From a virus, in the IMG/VR virus record IMGVR_UViG_3300030107_003232, positions 4,492-68,491 of that record: DNA of 64,000 nucleotides. One strand, 5' to 3'. A program made the position numbers and the translations under genes. The notes under the pieces were generated by a model that was given only the letters and a program-made list of their open reading frames with translations, ran no database searches and was not told where the DNA came from. How positions within the stretch are numbered: position 1 is the stretch's first letter; each line of letters starts with the position of its first letter. Of this stretch, positions 21,131 to 31,184 are shown one piece after another.

Positions 21131-21465
21131 CTTTTCCCACCGAAATATGCTGTAGCATGACCTTCTTTAAGGAGTTGTGCGTTTACGTTGGTCGAACCAA
21201 CGGTTATTTCGCCTAAGCACCTACCAAACTTACCTACACCGTGTGATTTAATTATTACTGTTTTACCGCCGACCAATTGGTCTAACCTTTCTTTTGCGGC
21301 AAGTCCACGAATCTTCTCCTCTTTATCGCGGGTGCGAGATTCGGGCGCGTTTATTCCATGTAGCCGCACACGAACATTAAAATGAACTTTGAATCCTAAA
21401 TCAACGCGAGCATCCACCGTGTCGCCATCAACGACTCGTAAGACTTCTGCTTGATATTCCCACAT
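21127..21465 (-). CDS. Thermonuclease (SNase-like) family protein
   Basis: RVVDGDTV, RVRLHGINAPE, GKFGRCLG, NAQLLKEGHA; probable start MWEYQA. Confidence 0.9.
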   Translation of the reverse strand: MWEYQAEVLRVVDGDTVDARVDLGFKVHFNVRVRLHGINAPESRTRDKEEKIRGLAAKERLDQLVGGKTVIIKSHGVGKFGRCLGEITVGSTNVNAQLLKEGHATAYFGGKR

Positions 21466-21557
21466 TAGATAACCACCCCTATTTTTTGTAAAATCCATCC
21501 CCAAATAGGAGATGTTTCAAGACAGACTCCTAAAGAGTCGTCTTCCATATCACTCAT
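21465..21557 (-). CDS. 30-aa micro-ORF
   Basis: MSDMEDDSLGVCLETSPIWGWILQKIGVVI; stop overlaps the nuclease start (TAATG). Confidence 0.35.
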   Translation of the reverse strand: MSDMEDDSLGVCLETSPIWGWILQKIGVVI

Positions 21558-21562
21558 CCCTT

Positions 21563-21634
21563 CTAAAATACAAATCTGCGTAATAGGTCTGCGATGAGTC
21601 CAACGAAAACGAGATACATGAAGTATTCATACAT
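21563..21634 (-). CDS. 23-aa hydrophobic micro-ORF
   Basis: MYEYFMYLVFVGLIADLLRRFVF; fills the gap in a tightly packed operon. Confidence 0.35.
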   Translation of the reverse strand: MYEYFMYLVFVGLIADLLRRFVF

Positions 21635-21635
21635 T

Positions 21636-21947
21636 TCACGCATCCACACCTTCTGTAAAACCATCTTGAGTTTTAAGGTGTGTATAACATTGTCTTAGAA
21701 GGTTAGTTTGGTCTGCTTCATCCGTTACATCAAGAGAAAATTGGTAATTAAACCCACCCACAGGTGATTTATTCGCTGTATATTTTGACGCATCCACATA
21801 GACTAAGCCACTATATGTAATAACGAATGATTTATTCCCTTCTTCGTCATATATTTTGTTCATTACAAAATCTGTTATTACTGCGTGTGCAGTATTAAAC
21901 GATACACCAAATCCGGTATCAAGACTAATTGTAAGAGCCATAATCAC
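21636..21947 (-). CDS. Hypothetical protein
   Basis: 103-aa ORF with overlapping start/stop. Confidence 0.6.
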   Translation of the reverse strand: MIMALTISLDTGFGVSFNTAHAVITDFVMNKIYDEEGNKSFVITYSGLVYVDASKYTANKSPVGGFNYQFSLDVTDEADQTNLLRQCYTHLKTQDGFTEGVDA

Positions 21948-22480
21948 TCACCCTTCTTTGCGCCCTTCTTACCGTTAGTAATTTGAAATGCCTCCATATC
22001 GAGGCTGTGTTGCTTCTGCATCCTTTCCATTTCTAAGTCGTGCTTCATCTTATATTCTTCTAACAGCCTTACATGGCTCTTTTCAGCATCTGCGGCGGCC
22101 ACATCAGAAGATAGTTGGTCCGGCAATACATTTATTTTTGCGGTTTCTTTACCCTTGAATAAATCAAGGACTGATGTAATAATAAGAAGCGCAGGACCAC
22201 CAAGTAGCCCGATAACTGTTAATTGACTGTCGGATATTTCTCTTTGCTCAACAATACTAAAGTAGGATGCGGTGGCGGCAATAACTACCCACGCCATGAC
22301 TACGCCCATACCGAAAGTTAGCATTAACGCTTCATTGGGATTTCCCATTCTCATTCGACTCATAACTTTTTCACCCATCAGTTGTTTTATCAATGTTTTA
22401 CTTATTATGCCTATTATCACAAGAATTATTAGGATTGGACTAATCCATAACATCTGACGCGCCATCCTGTGAGTCTTCAC
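21944..22480 (-). CDS. Multi-pass membrane protein
   Basis: 2-3 TM helices and a charged C-terminal tail; start uncertain. Confidence 0.6.
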   Translation of the reverse strand: MKTHRMARQMLWISPILIILVIIGIISKTLIKQLMGEKVMSRMRMGNPNEALMLTFGMGVVMAWVVIAATASYFSIVEQREISDSQLTVIGLLGGPALLIITSVLDLFKGKETAKINVLPDQLSSDVAAADAEKSHVRLLEEYKMKHDLEMERMQKQHSLDMEAFQITNGKKGAKKGE

Positions 22481-23831
22481 GCGGCAGTTCGCCGGTGTTT
22501 GCGTTTTGACTTACCCTTTCCTCGCCTTCTTTACCCGCTGTTGGTAAGTTTAGCATCTCAAGAGTTTGGTTGAGTGTAAGAACTCCCGCGTTGTAGCCCA
22601 TAGTAGCGCGTTGCATCACATTTAGTGGTGTTTCGCTATCCATAGCCTCAAATTTAATTGTAGGTAAATCTTGCTTTCGGTATTCGATACCGAGAAGGTC
22701 AAGGTGCATCATAAACATACGAGTTGCAGACTCGGCAATAATGCGGTGCATCCTTGAGATTGCTTGCACGGCCCACAGGTTAGCGTTGTATGTTGCTGCA
22801 AAGGTTGAGCCGCGCTCTTGACCTGCGGCTACTCTCGGCACTTGCAGAACAGCGGCAATATCGCCGTTAATCGTGTCGAGGAAATCAGTATTGTTAGGCA
22901 CGCTGTTTCCAACATCAACGTGATGTAATTCGACATAGTGCGGTAGCACAGGGATTTGGTCGCCACGCAGACCTTCAAATAACGAGATAACTTCATCCAT
23001 GATGTGCTGTAGGCGTTGGTTTTGCTCGGCAGGGTCTTGGATATGCTCGATAGCAGATTTGTCTATTGTAATAAATTGCTTAGTCATCGAGTCTTCAAGA
23101 CTAATACGGTTATTCATGCTGTTATACTTCATGCGTATAGGCTGCTTGAGTGAAGTAAATCGGGATGCACCCCACACACCGTAGGTTTTACGGCCTTTGT
23201 TGTCGGTAAACCAATTACTTCGGTAATCAATTCGTATGTGCATGATTTCTCGGCGTGGTATTGCTCTCTCGTAAGATGTTGCTTCACGCACCATGTATGT
23301 TACGGGGTTTATGATTGGGTTATCCTCATCGGCTACGAAGTAAGAACCAAGCCCCCCGCGCTCATCAACGATTGTGATTTGCTTTACGGGTAGGCTTTGT
23401 ATGTCTGTGATACCCACACCTTCTCGCCCAACAATTTTATTTATGTCGTTCCCATAGACCATGAGATTTCGCATAGCGTTAATCATAATGTCGTCAAAGT
23501 CAATTGTTTCTTCAATGAGTTCTCGTATGGCGTTGCGTATGGTTGCGTTGCGCCCGCGACTATAGTTAATGTCGTAATTGTTGGCTGTGAGGCTAACTGC
23601 CCTTACAGCACCGTTGAGTTCGGGGTCCAACTTTAGCATATTATCGAATAGGTCAAATTCATTATCAAAATTACTATCACTTCGCAAACTTTCAGTATTG
23701 CGAACAATATCGGGTATTCCTGCTACCGCATTAAACGGTTCATTCATCATCCCGACTCGCTCTATAATCGGATTTTTCACTTCTTCTTTCGCTTTTGTGC
23801 GAAATAGATTCCATCGCCTACGCTCGGACAT
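22440..23831 (-). CDS. Portal protein
   Basis: About 460 aa, first gene of the head operon; NLMVYGN, IMHIR, YGVWGASRF, IAAVLQVP, GVLTLNQTLEMLNLP portal motifs. Confidence 0.85.
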   Translation of the reverse strand: MSERRRWNLFRTKAKEEVKNPIIERVGMMNEPFNAVAGIPDIVRNTESLRSDSNFDNEFDLFDNMLKLDPELNGAVRAVSLTANNYDINYSRGRNATIRNAIRELIEETIDFDDIMINAMRNLMVYGNDINKIVGREGVGITDIQSLPVKQITIVDERGGLGSYFVADEDNPIINPVTYMVREATSYERAIPRREIMHIRIDYRSNWFTDNKGRKTYGVWGASRFTSLKQPIRMKYNSMNNRISLEDSMTKQFITIDKSAIEHIQDPAEQNQRLQHIMDEVISLFEGLRGDQIPVLPHYVELHHVDVGNSVPNNTDFLDTINGDIAAVLQVPRVAAGQERGSTFAATYNANLWAVQAISRMHRIIAESATRMFMMHLDLLGIEYRKQDLPTIKFEAMDSETPLNVMQRATMGYNAGVLTLNQTLEMLNLPTAGKEGEERVSQNANTGELPREDSQDGASDVMD

Positions 23832-23896
23832 ATTATTACGAGTCTTAGGGCGGTTTATAATCATTCGTTAATTAATTTTATTATTTTGGAGTTTTT

Positions 23897-24086
23897 CTGA
23901 AAGAATTAAACGCTTTACTGCGGATTTATTTCTTATTTCTTCAATTTTTTCTATAGTATAGAGAAGTTCCCTACGGGAACTATAGTAGTTACAGTAATAG
24001 ATAGAGTAAGGTAAGGCGCTTTACCAAACATACTATTGAAGAAATTGAAATAATTACAAAGTGGCTCGCAGTATCACACTTTATTT
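23897..24086. repeat. Long imperfect palindrome, copy A
   Basis: TACTGCG/CGCAGTA and ATTTCTTCAAT/ATTGAAGAAAT arms; homologous to 43251-43398. Confidence 0.7.
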
Positions 24087-24164
24087 TTTTTGTAAATTGT
24101 AAAAACAATAGAATTAATTAGTCGTGCCGTAATTATTATAACACTCATTACTTAGGGTTATTAT

Positions 24165-25601
24165 ATGGGGAACTACTACTCAGGCGGAACTGAATTAATA
24201 GAAAAGTTTGCTAATGACCGACATTTTGGTTCAACAATGGAATTTGCTGAGTTCTTACATACTATAGAGCCAAAGCGCAGCGTTCAAGCATGGCGCACAG
24301 CAATTACCCGATGGGTTAAGGCTGGTAATGACTTTAGGAACTATGAAGGCATTGAAGATAACACTCTTACTACTACTAAGTCATACTACGATAAAGCCAA
24401 CGATAACTATATTGTAATGTTAGAGATAACAGATGGTATGGTTGTTATTGATGGCGAAAAGCACCGTGCTATGAAAGAGGCATATTCAGATGTGGGCGGT
24501 GGCTTAACTATTGATGAGATGGCGCGCGAGTTTGAAATGCCCGCTGCTATGATTAGCGAGTATGTAAGGGCGAATAAGTGGAAACATGGTATGCAGCCAT
24601 TTACTGACGAAGAAGTGGTTGTGAATACTCTTGATGATATGGTCGAGAAATTCCTTGATATACGCAAGTTAGAGATTCTAAAGAAGGCCGAAAAGAAAAA
24701 GTGGCGGCAAATTGAAAAGGATGCCGAGCAATATACATACTTACGCGAAAGCCTCGCTGATACATTTTTTGAAGTGTTGGCCGACCATAAACCCGCACCT
24801 GTAAAAGCGCGTAAAATGGATATTGGAACGGAGTATGCTGTTGTTATCTCACCTACCGACCTACACTTTGGTAAATACGGATGGGTTGATGAAGTAGGCG
24901 AATCATACGATATGCAAGAGGCGAGCGATAGAGTTCTTACAAAGACAGAAGAACTAATTGCGAGATTGCCGAGCAAGCCGGATAAATTCTTTGTTGGCGT
25001 TGGGTCTGATTGGTTCCACGTTGATAACGACATCGGAACTACTACTAAAGGAACAGCGCAAGACATGGCTGGAACTCCCGCGCAGATTCTTATGCAGGGA
25101 TGCGAGTTAGCAAGGCAACACATTGACCTTTTGCGAACTGTAAGCGATGTCGAACTTATCTTCATGGGCGGTAATCACGATAGGCATACATCAATTATGC
25201 TTATGCTTTACTTAGAGGCATACTACAAAGAATGCGAAGATGTATCAGTTGTAGTTAGCCCGCACATCAGACAGTATGTGTCCTACGGTAATAACCTTCT
25301 CGGATTTACACACGGCGATGGTAAAGTAATGAACAAACTATCTCCTCTTATGGCGCATGAAGCGCGTAAGGAATGGGGTAATACTGTAAACCACTTATGG
25401 TTCCACGGACACTTACACCATCAACAAATGCGTGAGATGGGCGGTTGCATAATTGTGCAATTACCGAGTCTTGCTGGTGAAGACCGATACCACAGCCGCA
25501 ACGGATATTCGATGAGCCGTGCTGGTTTATCTGCTTATATGATAGACAAAGAGGCAGGTCTTATCGGTAGTTTATTTGCTCCGGTGATACATGATGAATA
25601 A
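24165..25601 (+). CDS. Calcineurin-like metallophosphoesterase with N-terminal HTH-like region
   Basis: DLHFG, GSDWFH, GNHD, THGD, GHLHH motifs. Confidence 0.85.
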   Translation: MGNYYSGGTELIEKFANDRHFGSTMEFAEFLHTIEPKRSVQAWRTAITRWVKAGNDFRNYEGIEDNTLTTTKSYYDKANDNYIVMLEITDGMVVIDGEKHRAMKEAYSDVGGGLTIDEMAREFEMPAAMISEYVRANKWKHGMQPFTDEEVVVNTLDDMVEKFLDIRKLEILKKAEKKKWRQIEKDAEQYTYLRESLADTFFEVLADHKPAPVKARKMDIGTEYAVVISPTDLHFGKYGWVDEVGESYDMQEASDRVLTKTEELIARLPSKPDKFFVGVGSDWFHVDNDIGTTTKGTAQDMAGTPAQILMQGCELARQHIDLLRTVSDVELIFMGGNHDRHTSIMLMLYLEAYYKECEDVSVVVSPHIRQYVSYGNNLLGFTHGDGKVMNKLSPLMAHEARKEWGNTVNHLWFHGHLHHQQMREMGGCIIVQLPSLAGEDRYHSRNGYSMSRAGLSAYMIDKEAGLIGSLFAPVIHDE

Positions 25602-25716
25602 ATGGACTGCGGCTAAGTGTAATTGGTGCGGGTGGGAGGCCCCCCGCATGATGTTATCTAAGGCCGAGTCAAGAGTTTGTCCTCATTGTGGAAAAAAAGA
25701 GTTGAGGCCGATATGA
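25591..25716 (+). CDS. 41-aa Zn-ribbon protein
   Basis: MMNKWTAAKCNWCG...VCPHCGKKELRPI; GGTGA SD; stop overlaps the terminase ATG. Below the ORF-track cutoff. Confidence 0.65.
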   Translation: MMNKWTAAKCNWCGWEAPRMMLSKAESRVCPHCGKKELRPI

Positions 25717-27218
25717 GTTTTAAGCAAGACTTAGCGATGGAACGGTCGCGTAGGTCGGTTAAGTATTTCTATGAATGGTTGGGCTACACATGGGGAGAGC
25801 ATATCGAAGAATGGATGGATATTTACAGCGACCGCAAAGGCGCAGAAGTTCATAGGGTCTGTGTGATTGCACCGAGAGGCCATAGTAAATCAACTACTCT
25901 TAGGGTTAAACTACTTCATCAATGTCTTTTTGAAAAGTGGAATAACGATAGACCCTTTACCTGCTGGTTAATATCTGCGAGTAAAGACACAGCGATTCGC
26001 CGTCTGCAAGAAATAAGGGATGACCTAAAGCGACACCCGCAGTTATCACGATACCTTGACCCGAAGAAGGGTAATAAAACCGAGATTCACTTTACCAACG
26101 GTGCGTGGATTATGGCGACATCTGTTGGGTCTGCAATTCGTGGTGAGCATCCCGCGTGCGTAGCATTCGATGATGTGTTGGTTGATTCTGACGAAATGAA
26201 CCCAAAGGTTCTGCAACAATGGTTTAGAAAGGCTATCACACCTATGCTTGACCCTAACTCATCTCTCTATGTTGTCGGCACGCCAATGTCTATGACTGAC
26301 TTATACCACACCGAAATGCTCGATAACTCCACATGGAAAAAGGGAGTTTGGTCTGCGATAAAAAACTATGACGAATGGAAAGCATCGGGTGAAACAATAC
26401 AACCCGTGCCGCTGTGGCCCGAACATCGCAGTCTTAACTATCTAATGGAACAGAAGCAAGCGATTGGTGAGTTGGAGTTTGCACAGGAGTTCTTATGCCG
26501 CGTGGTTGATGACGACTCATCCGTTTTTCCAAACAATCTAATTCGTAAGAATCTCGACTTAGACATTACACTTCAAACAGAAATACTACCTAACAATAGG
26601 TATGTTCTCGGCTTCGACCCATCACAGGGTTTGGGTCAAGACTACACAGTCATTGTGGTTCTTAGACAGGATGAACAGGGCTTCGTGCATTTTGTAAATA
26701 TGTGGAGAAGAAATGATTTCCCACCGGACAAGCAAGCAGATATGCTCATCGAGATGTCTAAAAGATATTCAGCGCCTATTGCCGCAGAAGACGTGGGGTT
26801 CCAGCAATTATATGACGCTCTAATACAACAGAAAGGCGCAGTAGTGGATTACAGACCGAGTAAGGTTAGTAATAGGACACTCAAGCAAGGACTTCTTAAC
26901 CGTCTGCGTGTTTGGTTTGAGCGGGAGTTAGTCTGCTTTCCTTACGGCAACGATGAAACACGAAGAATGATTGAGATTATTCTTGACGAACTATCAACAC
27001 ACGCATGGCGCGATGGCCTTATCGTTGATTTAGGCCGACATAACGACACAGTAATGGCGTTTGCACACGCCATAGACCAATTCACCTACAGGACACCTGA
27101 TATGCCCGTTGTAATGAAAACAATGAAGGGCGGAGAATGGATGGGCGGCAGCACACGCGGTTTGCCCCGTCAAAAGTCCGGTGTAGGTGGAAAAGTAATC
27201 AATAGGAGAGGATTTTAA
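25713..27218 (+). CDS. terL: Terminase large subunit
   Basis: Walker A APRGHSKST, Walker B VAFDD, VGTP motif, nuclease GFDPS...DYT, HNDTVMA. Confidence 0.95.
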   Translation: MSFKQDLAMERSRRSVKYFYEWLGYTWGEHIEEWMDIYSDRKGAEVHRVCVIAPRGHSKSTTLRVKLLHQCLFEKWNNDRPFTCWLISASKDTAIRRLQEIRDDLKRHPQLSRYLDPKKGNKTEIHFTNGAWIMATSVGSAIRGEHPACVAFDDVLVDSDEMNPKVLQQWFRKAITPMLDPNSSLYVVGTPMSMTDLYHTEMLDNSTWKKGVWSAIKNYDEWKASGETIQPVPLWPEHRSLNYLMEQKQAIGELEFAQEFLCRVVDDDSSVFPNNLIRKNLDLDITLQTEILPNNRYVLGFDPSQGLGQDYTVIVVLRQDEQGFVHFVNMWRRNDFPPDKQADMLIEMSKRYSAPIAAEDVGFQQLYDALIQQKGAVVDYRPSKVSNRTLKQGLLNRLRVWFERELVCFPYGNDETRRMIEIILDELSTHAWRDGLIVDLGRHNDTVMAFAHAIDQFTYRTPDMPVVMKTMKGGEWMGGSTRGLPRQKSGVGGKVINRRGF

Positions 27219-27466
27219 TGGCCGGACCAATGCCGAGAAAAAAAATGTATAGACATCTAATCGAAAAGTTAATCGCAAATAATTATTTTGACGATTGGAA
27301 AGCATCAACAGAAGTATGCACGCAAGTTAATGAGAGAGTGCCTGTGCGATGGACCCAACTTAACCCATCAGCAGTTCATAGGATTCTGCGAGAGTATGAA
27401 TTAGAAGAAAGGTTCATCTGGAATAACGGAGTAAAAAGTATGCTTCGTGAATGGAAAAAAATTTGA
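27218..27466 (+). CDS. Small putative winged-HTH protein
   Basis: 82 aa, coupled to terL; helix pattern like other small DNA-binding ORFs here. Confidence 0.45.
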   Translation: MAGPMPRKKMYRHLIEKLIANNYFDDWKASTEVCTQVNERVPVRWTQLNPSAVHRILREYELEERFIWNNGVKSMLREWKKI

Positions 27467-27607
27467 AAAAAAATTTCTAAAATTCCGTGTGGTGGTGGGC
27501 TTCACTCCGTCGTGCATCAAAGAAATTTATGGCGGCTTAAAATCCAAAAATTCCTATGCTTAGACGTGATTTCAAACCTCTAAGGTAGGTATGCCGCCCA
27601 AGAGGGC

Positions 27608-27631
27608 GAAGGGTGGCCGGAGCCACCCTTC
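27608..27631. terminator. GC-rich hairpin between convergent transcription units
   Basis: GAAGGGTGGC-CGGA-GCCACCCTTC, perfect 10-bp stem. Confidence 0.55.
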
Positions 27632-27649
27632 AAAGGGCTGGAATTGCTA

Positions 27650-28513
27650 TCATAGCATCGGGTTCACCCCGACCCAAGTGGTTGAATTGAATAATTCAAT
27701 TATCTCCGCGAAATTTTCAGACCTTGGGTCAACTCCACAGACAGTTAAACCGATTTCGTCAATCTCAGGAATCACGAATCGAATACGGCTTTCATCTCCG
27801 TCTTTGATTGCTGGGCATTCTTTGTCTGCCCAACCGCCCCAACAATTTCGGCGACCACAAGCACACTTGCCGTTGCTCTTGTTGTATCGGTATGCGATAG
27901 GTAGCGAGTTCTTTGAACGCTGGCTCAATGTTCTCAAGTGGCTAATGTATAACTCGCCACGATAGTTCAAGCCGAGCATTGGAACTTTAGCACCTAAGCC
28001 AAGACCAACATCAAGTTGAGGCCAATACTGAGGGGCTATGTTTGCGGTGATTACAGGGTTTGAGTAATCAAGCGGATATTCAGCGCCACAGATACCAGCG
28101 CGGCGAATTGGTCTTAGTGGGTGGTAATTACTGACCAAACAGTTTGGAACTCCGCAAGAAGGAGATGTGCAAGCATCTCTAACGCCTTCGGTTGGTGCTG
28201 TGTATCGGTGGTTCACTTCAATATCAGCGGATAGGCTTAGGTTAGTGTTTCGACCTGCTGAGTCAATCCCAAATGAGCGCTGTTGATAGTTAGTCAATTT
28301 TGCCGACTGCTCATATATTGGGTGGCCTGTTGCTGGCTGGGTCTTATTTCCGAGTTTGCCCCTTTGGACTAAGAGAGAAGGCCACCCTTCTTTTCTTAGC
28401 CTCTTTGTGGCGTTGCCTATGGTTGTATAACCATAGGTCGCCATCAATCGCTGTGCAAGTTGCACAACGACGCGTTCGTCATCAATCGTCGTATAGGTTG
28501 CTGTTGCCTCCAT
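27650..28513 (-). CDS. Hypothetical Cys-containing protein
   Basis: Long ORF with its own TTTAAG promoter ~25 nt before MEATAT; no family recognised. Confidence 0.7.
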   Translation of the reverse strand: MEATATYTTIDDERVVVQLAQRLMATYGYTTIGNATKRLRKEGWPSLLVQRGKLGNKTQPATGHPIYEQSAKLTNYQQRSFGIDSAGRNTNLSLSADIEVNHRYTAPTEGVRDACTSPSCGVPNCLVSNYHPLRPIRRAGICGAEYPLDYSNPVITANIAPQYWPQLDVGLGLGAKVPMLGLNYRGELYISHLRTLSQRSKNSLPIAYRYNKSNGKCACGRRNCWGGWADKECPAIKDGDESRIRFVIPEIDEIGLTVCGVDPRSENFAEIIELFNSTTWVGVNPML

Positions 28514-28786
28514 ATCCCTACGGGGGTTCAACATCCACCTTAAACATATCGTGATTTTTTGCTGGAATCGCAGGTTTTGAGTGGCCGCCGGACACGTTCT
28601 GACGCACTTTTGACGCGGCGAAATCGCCGTTTTTGGGCTAATTTCGCAGGTGCAATTATGGAAGTCATTTTAGGGGCCACCGCTCTTTTACTACAAATTA
28701 TTCAATACAAATTATTCAATATAAATTAAAAACAAAAAAAAGAAAATTGCCCCACCGCCAAAAAGCGGCGGCGAGGACTTTTTCTT

Positions 28787-29020
28787 TCATTCGTCAATAT
28801 GCGGGAATTGTTCCGCTATCTCCGGCTCAACCCATGTTGAACTCAGGCAATCATAACAGGTGATGAGGGTCTTGCCGCCAATAACGGTATCAGTCCTCAA
28901 CCAATAGTGAAGCCCTGTCGCATTGAAGCGACTAAGGACAACACCCCTGTTCAGGTCGGGATGCCCGACCAATTTTAGGCACTCAGTTTCAATTATCTCA
29001 GTCATTCTTTTTTCCTCCAT
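28787..29020 (-). CDS. Small hypothetical protein
   Basis: ORF between repeat clusters; GGAGG SD before MTEIIE; CxxC. Confidence 0.6.
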   Translation of the reverse strand: MEEKRMTEIIETECLKLVGHPDLNRGVVLSRFNATGLHYWLRTDTVIGGKTLITCYDCLSSTWVEPEIAEQFPHIDE

Positions 29021-29298
29021 TTTTTTCTTTAGCCTCGCCCCGCATAGTGGGGCATAGCCCCACTATAGAGGGCATCGCATTTAGACCTGTCGACTCCCTG
29101 ACCTTACCGTGCATCATCGGTTTTGTTTTACTACAAATTAAATACTACAAATTATTTACATCTATTTACTACAAAATAAAAAATACTACAAATTAAAAAT
29201 CCAAAAAACAAAAATACTACAAATTAAAGAATACAAATCCTGCACGGCTTACACCATAGGATGCGTGCGGAGGATTACTACAAATTAGATACTACAAA

Positions 29299-29559
29299 TC
29301 ATTCTGCTTCTATATTGAGAAGTTCAAGGTGCATCAATTTTTCATCAACGACCCAACCCGCATAATCGAAAGTATCGTCGTTGATATAGAAAGGGTCTGA
29401 TTCGCCCAACATCTCAATGAATCTGTTGCGTGGATATTCAACCACAGCGCCAACCACGCCGTCGCCGTTGATGTAGCGCATAAGGGAGGCTATCACCTCA
29501 TCCTTGCTATCCACGGTATCGAATAGAGAGCCGTCAATGAAGACGTTGTAGTTCCCCAT
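29299..29559 (-). CDS. Small acidic hypothetical protein
   Basis: Start MGNYNV coupled (TGATG) to the upstream micro-ORF. Confidence 0.65.
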   Translation of the reverse strand: MGNYNVFIDGSLFDTVDSKDEVIASLMRYINGDGVVGAVVEYPRNRFIEMLGESDPFYINDDTFDYAGWVVDEKLMHLELLNIEAE

Positions 29560-29678
29560 CAAGCCACCCCCGCCGCGCATTCGCAGACGATAAGCACGGC
29601 ATCTGTGCCGTTCTCGCCGCCTCCATCATAGAAGTCAATCATCATTAGGGCCTTGTTTGGGTCGCAGTCGCAAGCCAT
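29559..29678 (-). CDS. 39-aa Cys-rich micro-protein
   Basis: MACDCDPNKAL...LIVCECAAGVA; leaderless ATG after a TATAATAA box. Confidence 0.55.
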   Translation of the reverse strand: MACDCDPNKALMMIDFYDGGGENGTDAVLIVCECAAGVA

Positions 29679-29870
29679 GATGCTGAGATAGTACCCCCCT
29701 TATTATAGTCTTCGGTCTGCGATGCTGATTTACTACAAATTAATTACTACAAATTATTTAGATGTATTTACTACAATTTATTTACTACAAAGTTTTTACT
29801 ACAAATTATTCAAAACTACAAAATTTGCCCCGCCCCAAAAATTTGGGGCGAGGACTTGGGCTTTCAGATT

Positions 29871-30047
29871 TCAATATAGTTCGTCAATTGAAGACGAGTA
29901 AGTGTAGGAGTCAAGATTGATTTCAAACACATGGTTTTCGTTATCTTCTGTGAATATGGATACATACATTGTCCTGTCTTGAATCCATACTGCTGTTTTT
30001 CGGTCGTCTATATCGTCGTCAGTTATGTCGTGCTTGTTGTCCGTCAT
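29871..30047 (-). CDS. 58-aa acidic protein
   Basis: MTDNKHDITDDDIDDRK...; own CTATAAG promoter; flanked by repeat clusters. Confidence 0.6.
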   Translation of the reverse strand: MTDNKHDITDDDIDDRKTAVWIQDRTMYVSIFTEDNENHVFEINLDSYTYSSSIDELY

Positions 30048-30235
30048 ATTAGTTGCTCGTCATGGTCGGCTTATAGTCTTTGTGTTTCCTTACTACAAAT
30101 TATTTACTACAATTTATCTAATACAAATTAATTACTACAAATTATTCACTACAAAAAAAGAAAAAATACTACAAATTAAAAAATACAAAAAAGTTCGGGG
30201 AGGTAGGAGTTCGACCCCTACCCCCCTTTACGTAA

Positions 30236-30409
30236 TCATGCCTCATCGCATTCGGGGCATATATCCCCTTCTTTCCATGTATAGTTCGGGTGTAAGATTT
30301 GGTTTCCGTCATCAAGATGAACTAAATACACTATTGATTTGTTGCATATACTACACGGGTTAATAGTTCCGTATTTCCACATCATCAAATTAAACAGCAA
30401 CTCGTTCAT
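30236..30409 (-). CDS. 57-aa Zn-finger protein
   Basis: CSIC...CPEC; GGTGA SD. Confidence 0.6.
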   Translation of the reverse strand: MNELLFNLMMWKYGTINPCSICNKSIVYLVHLDDGNQILHPNYTWKEGDICPECDEA

Positions 30410-30420
30410 TTTCTCACCGC

Positions 30421-30672
30421 CTAATAATACCGTTCTTCATCGTATAGTAAATCCCAATCGTGATGCGTGCGCGGCTCTTTGTAGGCCGAGCAATTGCGAC
30501 AAGTCCAACAGGGGAAATGCTCTTTGGTTTCAAAACCTGTTTCGCCGACCCAATCCCACTCAACGCTCGTTTCCCATGAGTGTTTGTGGTCTGCACAATA
30601 GGCTTTTACGTCATAGATAACCTTCCACGACACGCCCTCATTATCCGTGTAAATGTGTTGTTTCTCGACCAT
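30421..30672 (-). CDS. Small Zn-binding hypothetical protein
   Basis: GGAGGTGA SD; CADH...CRNC. Confidence 0.65.
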   Translation of the reverse strand: MVEKQHIYTDNEGVSWKVIYDVKAYCADHKHSWETSVEWDWVGETGFETKEHFPCWTCRNCSAYKEPRTHHDWDLLYDEERYY

Positions 30673-30683
30673 GTTCTCACCTC

Positions 30684-31184
30684 CTAATAGTAAGGGCGGA
30701 ATAGCCCCTCGGATGGGTAGTATGTCCGGTAGCCGTCTGCATCGGTTGAGAAGTCATGGAAGCCGCATTCAGCCGCCATTAACGCAATATCTGCGTTGCG
30801 CTCCTCTCTCTCCCTATTAACGCGGTAATTGCGCGCATACTCGCGCTGCTTACGGTTCCTATGCTCTCTCAAGACTTCATCGTAAGAGAAGCCGTTAGCA
30901 TAGCACCATAGCCACTCTTTAGCCTGTCTGAGCGTATATACTTCAGATGTTTTGATGGAGCCTGTGTAACCGCCCTTTTGCGGGCCTTTTATGCGGAGAT
31001 AATAACCCCCATGTTTACCCGCTATTTTCGCATAACCCCTCTTAGTGGTGTCGGATTTACCCGCCACCTTTGCGCGCGCATACGCGGCCGCAAGGCTCAT
31101 TTTTTCTTCGCTTTCAACTTCTGCTGGTCCTGTTAGAAGTAGGGGCAACAGAACCCCTACAAGTAGCAATATGCCTACCTCCAT
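30684..31184 (-). CDS. Basic hypothetical protein
   Basis: Leaderless MEVGILL start after a TTATA box; alternative start MSLAAA at 31100. Confidence 0.6.
   Translation of the reverse strand: MEVGILLLVGVLLPLLLTGPAEVESEEKMSLAAAYARAKVAGKSDTTKRGYAKIAGKHGGYYLRIKGPQKGGYTGSIKTSEVYTLRQAKEWLWCYANGFSYDEVLREHRNRKQREYARNYRVNREREERNADIALMAAECGFHDFSTDADGYRTYYPSEGLFRPYY

Noticed and set aside
24407-25165. 252-aa minus-strand ORF
   Set aside because: Antisense to the metallophosphoesterase, which has complete catalytic motifs.
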